Assembly: GCF_036971445.1 (NCBI RefSeq)
Contig: NC_091471.1
Coordinates: 194,618,001-194,682,000 of the forward strand
Length of the DNA: 64,000 nucleotides
Origin: Narcine bancroftii
Lineage: Eukaryota
Direction of reading: 5' to 3'
Shown: in pieces, positions 61,393 to 64,000 of the stretch
Layout of the letters: every line of letters begins with the position of its first letter
How positions within the stretch are numbered: the first letter of the stretch is position 1
Position numbers and translations under genes: made by a program
The notes under the pieces: generated by a model
Database searches by the model: none
Told to the model about the DNA's origin: nothing
What the model saw: only the letters and a program-made list of their open reading frames with translations

Positions 61393-61789
61393 GTGAGACT
61401 TCATATTAAAGCTTTTCTGTTGTCACTCAGTTGCTTGCATGTATGTTCTTCCATTGTTTAGGAGCTGGGGAAATGAGTAATTAAATTGTTTGAAAAATTA
61501 TGTAGGCCAACTCAAAATAAAAACTCAATGTTGGAGAAACTCAGTGAACTTTTTATAGCAAAGATAAAGATTCACAGCCAACATTTCAGGTTGAACCCTT
61601 CCTATCATTTAATCTTTGTGATATGAAGGACACTGACCCGCTGACTTTCACCAGCAATGTGATTTTATTTCAATGATGACTGCAGACTTTTGTATTGTAC
61701 TCATATAGGCTATGTTGCCCAGTCTTGGCCAGCGGTAGTTGCAGTTTCACAATTTGCTTCAGCACTTGCATTAAAAAGGGAAGCAGGGA

Positions 61790-63015
61790 AGTCAGCAGAC
61801 ACTCATTAGTCGAAAGTGTTGGCGAACCACAGCAAGTCATGCAGCGTTCCTTGTGGAGCAAAGATATCAATCCAACCTTTTGGGCCTGAGCCCTTCAAGG
61901 TATAAGCAAAAACCATGTGGATAAAGTGGTGGGGGGGGGGGGGGGTGGGGGGGAGGGACAAGGGAGGAGTATAGGCCTTGGGCTAGAAGACACAGGTGAT
62001 AGGGGTAAAAGGGAAAAAAAAAGCTGGGTTGATGAGGAGAGGAGACAGCTCTCTGAATGGGAAGGGGTTTAGGCCCTTGGGCTGGAAGTCACGGGTGATG
62101 GTGGTAGAAGGGGAAAAAAAAGCTGGGTTGGTGAGGAGAGGAGACAGCTCTCTAAATGGGAAGGGGTTTAGGCCCTTGGGCTAGAAGACACGGGTCATAG
62201 GGGTAGAAGGGGAAAAAAAGGCTGGGTTGATGAGGAGAAGAGACAGCTCTCTGAATGGGAAGGGGTTTAGCCCCTTGGGCTAGAAGACACGGGTCATAGG
62301 GGTAGAAGGGGGGAAAAAAAGGCTGGGTTGATGAGAAGAGACAGCTCTCTGAATGGGAAGGGATTTAGGCCCTTGGGCTGGAAGACACGGGTGATAGGGT
62401 TAGAAGGGGAAAAAAAAGCTGGGTTGATGAGGAGAGGAGACAGCACTCTGAATGGGAAGGGGTTGAGAGCTGGAGGAAAGAAGAGAGAGAGAGAGAGAAA
62501 AGCAGGGCAAGGTCCTAATGGAAACTGGAGAAGATGTTAATGCCATCTGATTAGAGTGCACAGACAGAATATTAGGTGCTTTTCCTTAGTTTGGCAGTGC
62601 ACGAGGCCATAGACAGACACATCGGTGTGGGAGTGGGGTGTGGAATTAAAATGGTTGGCCACAAGGAGGTCCACGGTATTGCAGCAGACAAGGCAAAGGT
62701 GCTCAATGACATTATCTCCCAGTCTGCATCCAGTCTCTCTGATATAGAAGAGACCACAATGGAAGCATCGGATGTAGTAGACAACTTCTGCAGATTCACA
62801 AGTGAAGTGTTGCTTCACAGGGGTAGGTACCAAGGGGGCAATTAGTGGAAGGGATGAATGCATGGGGGAGTCACTGAGGCAAATCTCCCTGTGGAGAGGG
62901 GAGGAGAGGGGAAAATGTGTCTGGTCGTGGGATCACATTGCAGCTGGCAGAATTTGCGGAGGATAGTATGTTGAATGTGGAGGCTGGTAAATGAGAACAA
63001 GAGAAATCCTGTCCT
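61790..63015 (-). mobile_element. Penelope-like element 3' portion with GIY-YIG endonuclease remnant
   Basis: ORF 62537-62863 encodes FTCESAEVVYYIRCFHCGLFYIRETGCRL...VANHFN, followed by the pLTR motif series. Confidence 0.85.
61972..62464. repeat. Minisatellite, 5 copies of a 98-99 bp unit
   Basis: Units start at 61972, 62070, 62169, 62268 and 62366 (tagg/tagc.ccttgggct.gaag.cac.gg...gaatgggaaggggtt). Confidence 0.95.
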
Positions 63016-63026
63016 TGCGTCGAAGA

Positions 63027-63182
63027 CAGTGGTTCTCAACCTTCCCACTCCACTCATATACTACCTTAAGTTATTCCTTACTAACCACAGCACCTATGGC
63101 ATAGAATGTCATGGGTGTTCTGTGGTTAGTTGGGGATGACTTAAGGTGATATATGTGGGAACAAAAAGGTTGAGAACCACTG
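63027..63182. mobile_element. hAT (Charlie/MER5-like) MITE
   Basis: TIRs CAGTGGTTCTCAACCTT and AAGGTTGAGAACCACTG. 8-bp flanks gtcgaaga and gtttaaga match at 6 of 8 positions. Confidence 0.8.
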
Positions 63183-64000
63183 GTTTAAGACCATAAAATA
63201 TAAGCAAATGTGGGCCATCCAGCCCATTGAGTCTGCTCTGGCATGTCTCAAAATAGGAATATTTAATGAAATGCCAATGTGGCATTGAGTTAAGCCCCAG
63301 GTTTATTCATCACCAGCTATTTCAAACCTACTTCTTTGCTTCGCTGGTTTCCAATAACAAATGAGGAGTTGGTAAATATCTTTGGCTTCTCCTTTACCCA
63401 TCTTGGTCACTGGATCCTGAATTTTCCAACATCTTCTGAGTAGCGATTAAACTCCATCCAATTTCTCTCCCTTTGAGAACCTAAACTGAGTTCATCCATG
63501 AGTCTGCTGAACAAGCTCCATTTTCAAACAATGGTGATCTGCTCTCCTTCCTTCAGATGCCTTTTTAGGGATCGAAAGAAAGTAAGGAAGCCCTTCAAAG
63601 AAAAAGTTGATCAATGTTAACTGAATATCTTTGCCCAGGTTTCTTTGATGTAAAATGATGTCAGGATATTTACATATTTTGATAACCATTTTAATATTTT
63701 CCCATGCCACTTCCAAAAGAAAAGAATAATTCTTAGATAATTATTAACTCTCTTACTACAAGAGGAAGTGATCTTCCATTCATTGTATATTGGGACCAAG
63801 GTCAGCAAAGGGCTGATTTAATTGTTCTTCATCCTCCATTTGAAACTACGTAATTCAAAGCGTCGTTGAAGTTGGGTCTGACTGGAGCTCATTAGAAAGT
63901 TGAAAAATTAAATATTCATAGAGTTTTAGCCTTGTAGGTATATTAATACATGTATGTTGGGCTTCCAAAAAAAGTTTTGTTATAACAAACAACGGGGATA

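Overview
Eukaryotic (vertebrate) genomic DNA. The repeat repertoire (HE1-like V-SINEs, CR1, Rex1, Penelope, RTE, L1, Gypsy) suggests a cartilaginous fish; this is an inference. The only host gene I can support is an AP1AR/gadkin-family gene on the + strand. Six GT-AG exons (49, 27, 26, 97, 99 and 65 nt) splice in frame to SKYFRTSSVGQHFTIE-FENLVESDE-TESPGSNQR-PINEDEVEILHKKQYDTLTQKQVAVDTQLQTE-LAAQEEQLRIEEEAFYAAQRETARAAKQKKLLE-QQRLQKMKQKAKSAVTPDQQK. I did not find the first coding exon or the 3' exons here. The rest is probably intronic and TE-rich: three decayed Gypsy proviruses, two solo LTRs with 4-bp TSDs, a full-length L1 with nested insertions, CR1, Rex1, RTE and Penelope copies, SINEs, and pogo/Tigger- and hAT-type MITEs. 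The most unusual structure occurs twice: two RTE 3' ends joined 5'-to-5' with tails pointing outward (2321-3374 and 12472-12930). The second looks like a single insertion unit carrying 91 bp of filler. Three RTE copies are also truncated at nearly the same point. Other points of note are a perfect 138-bp gag segment copied into the RNase H region of an old Gypsy, and a 24-bp-periodic ETS/CRE array inside another Gypsy. No prokaryotic system, CRISPR array, rRNA or tRNA gene is supported. Boundaries of old TE fragments are approximate, and family calls come from motif recognition, not database searches.
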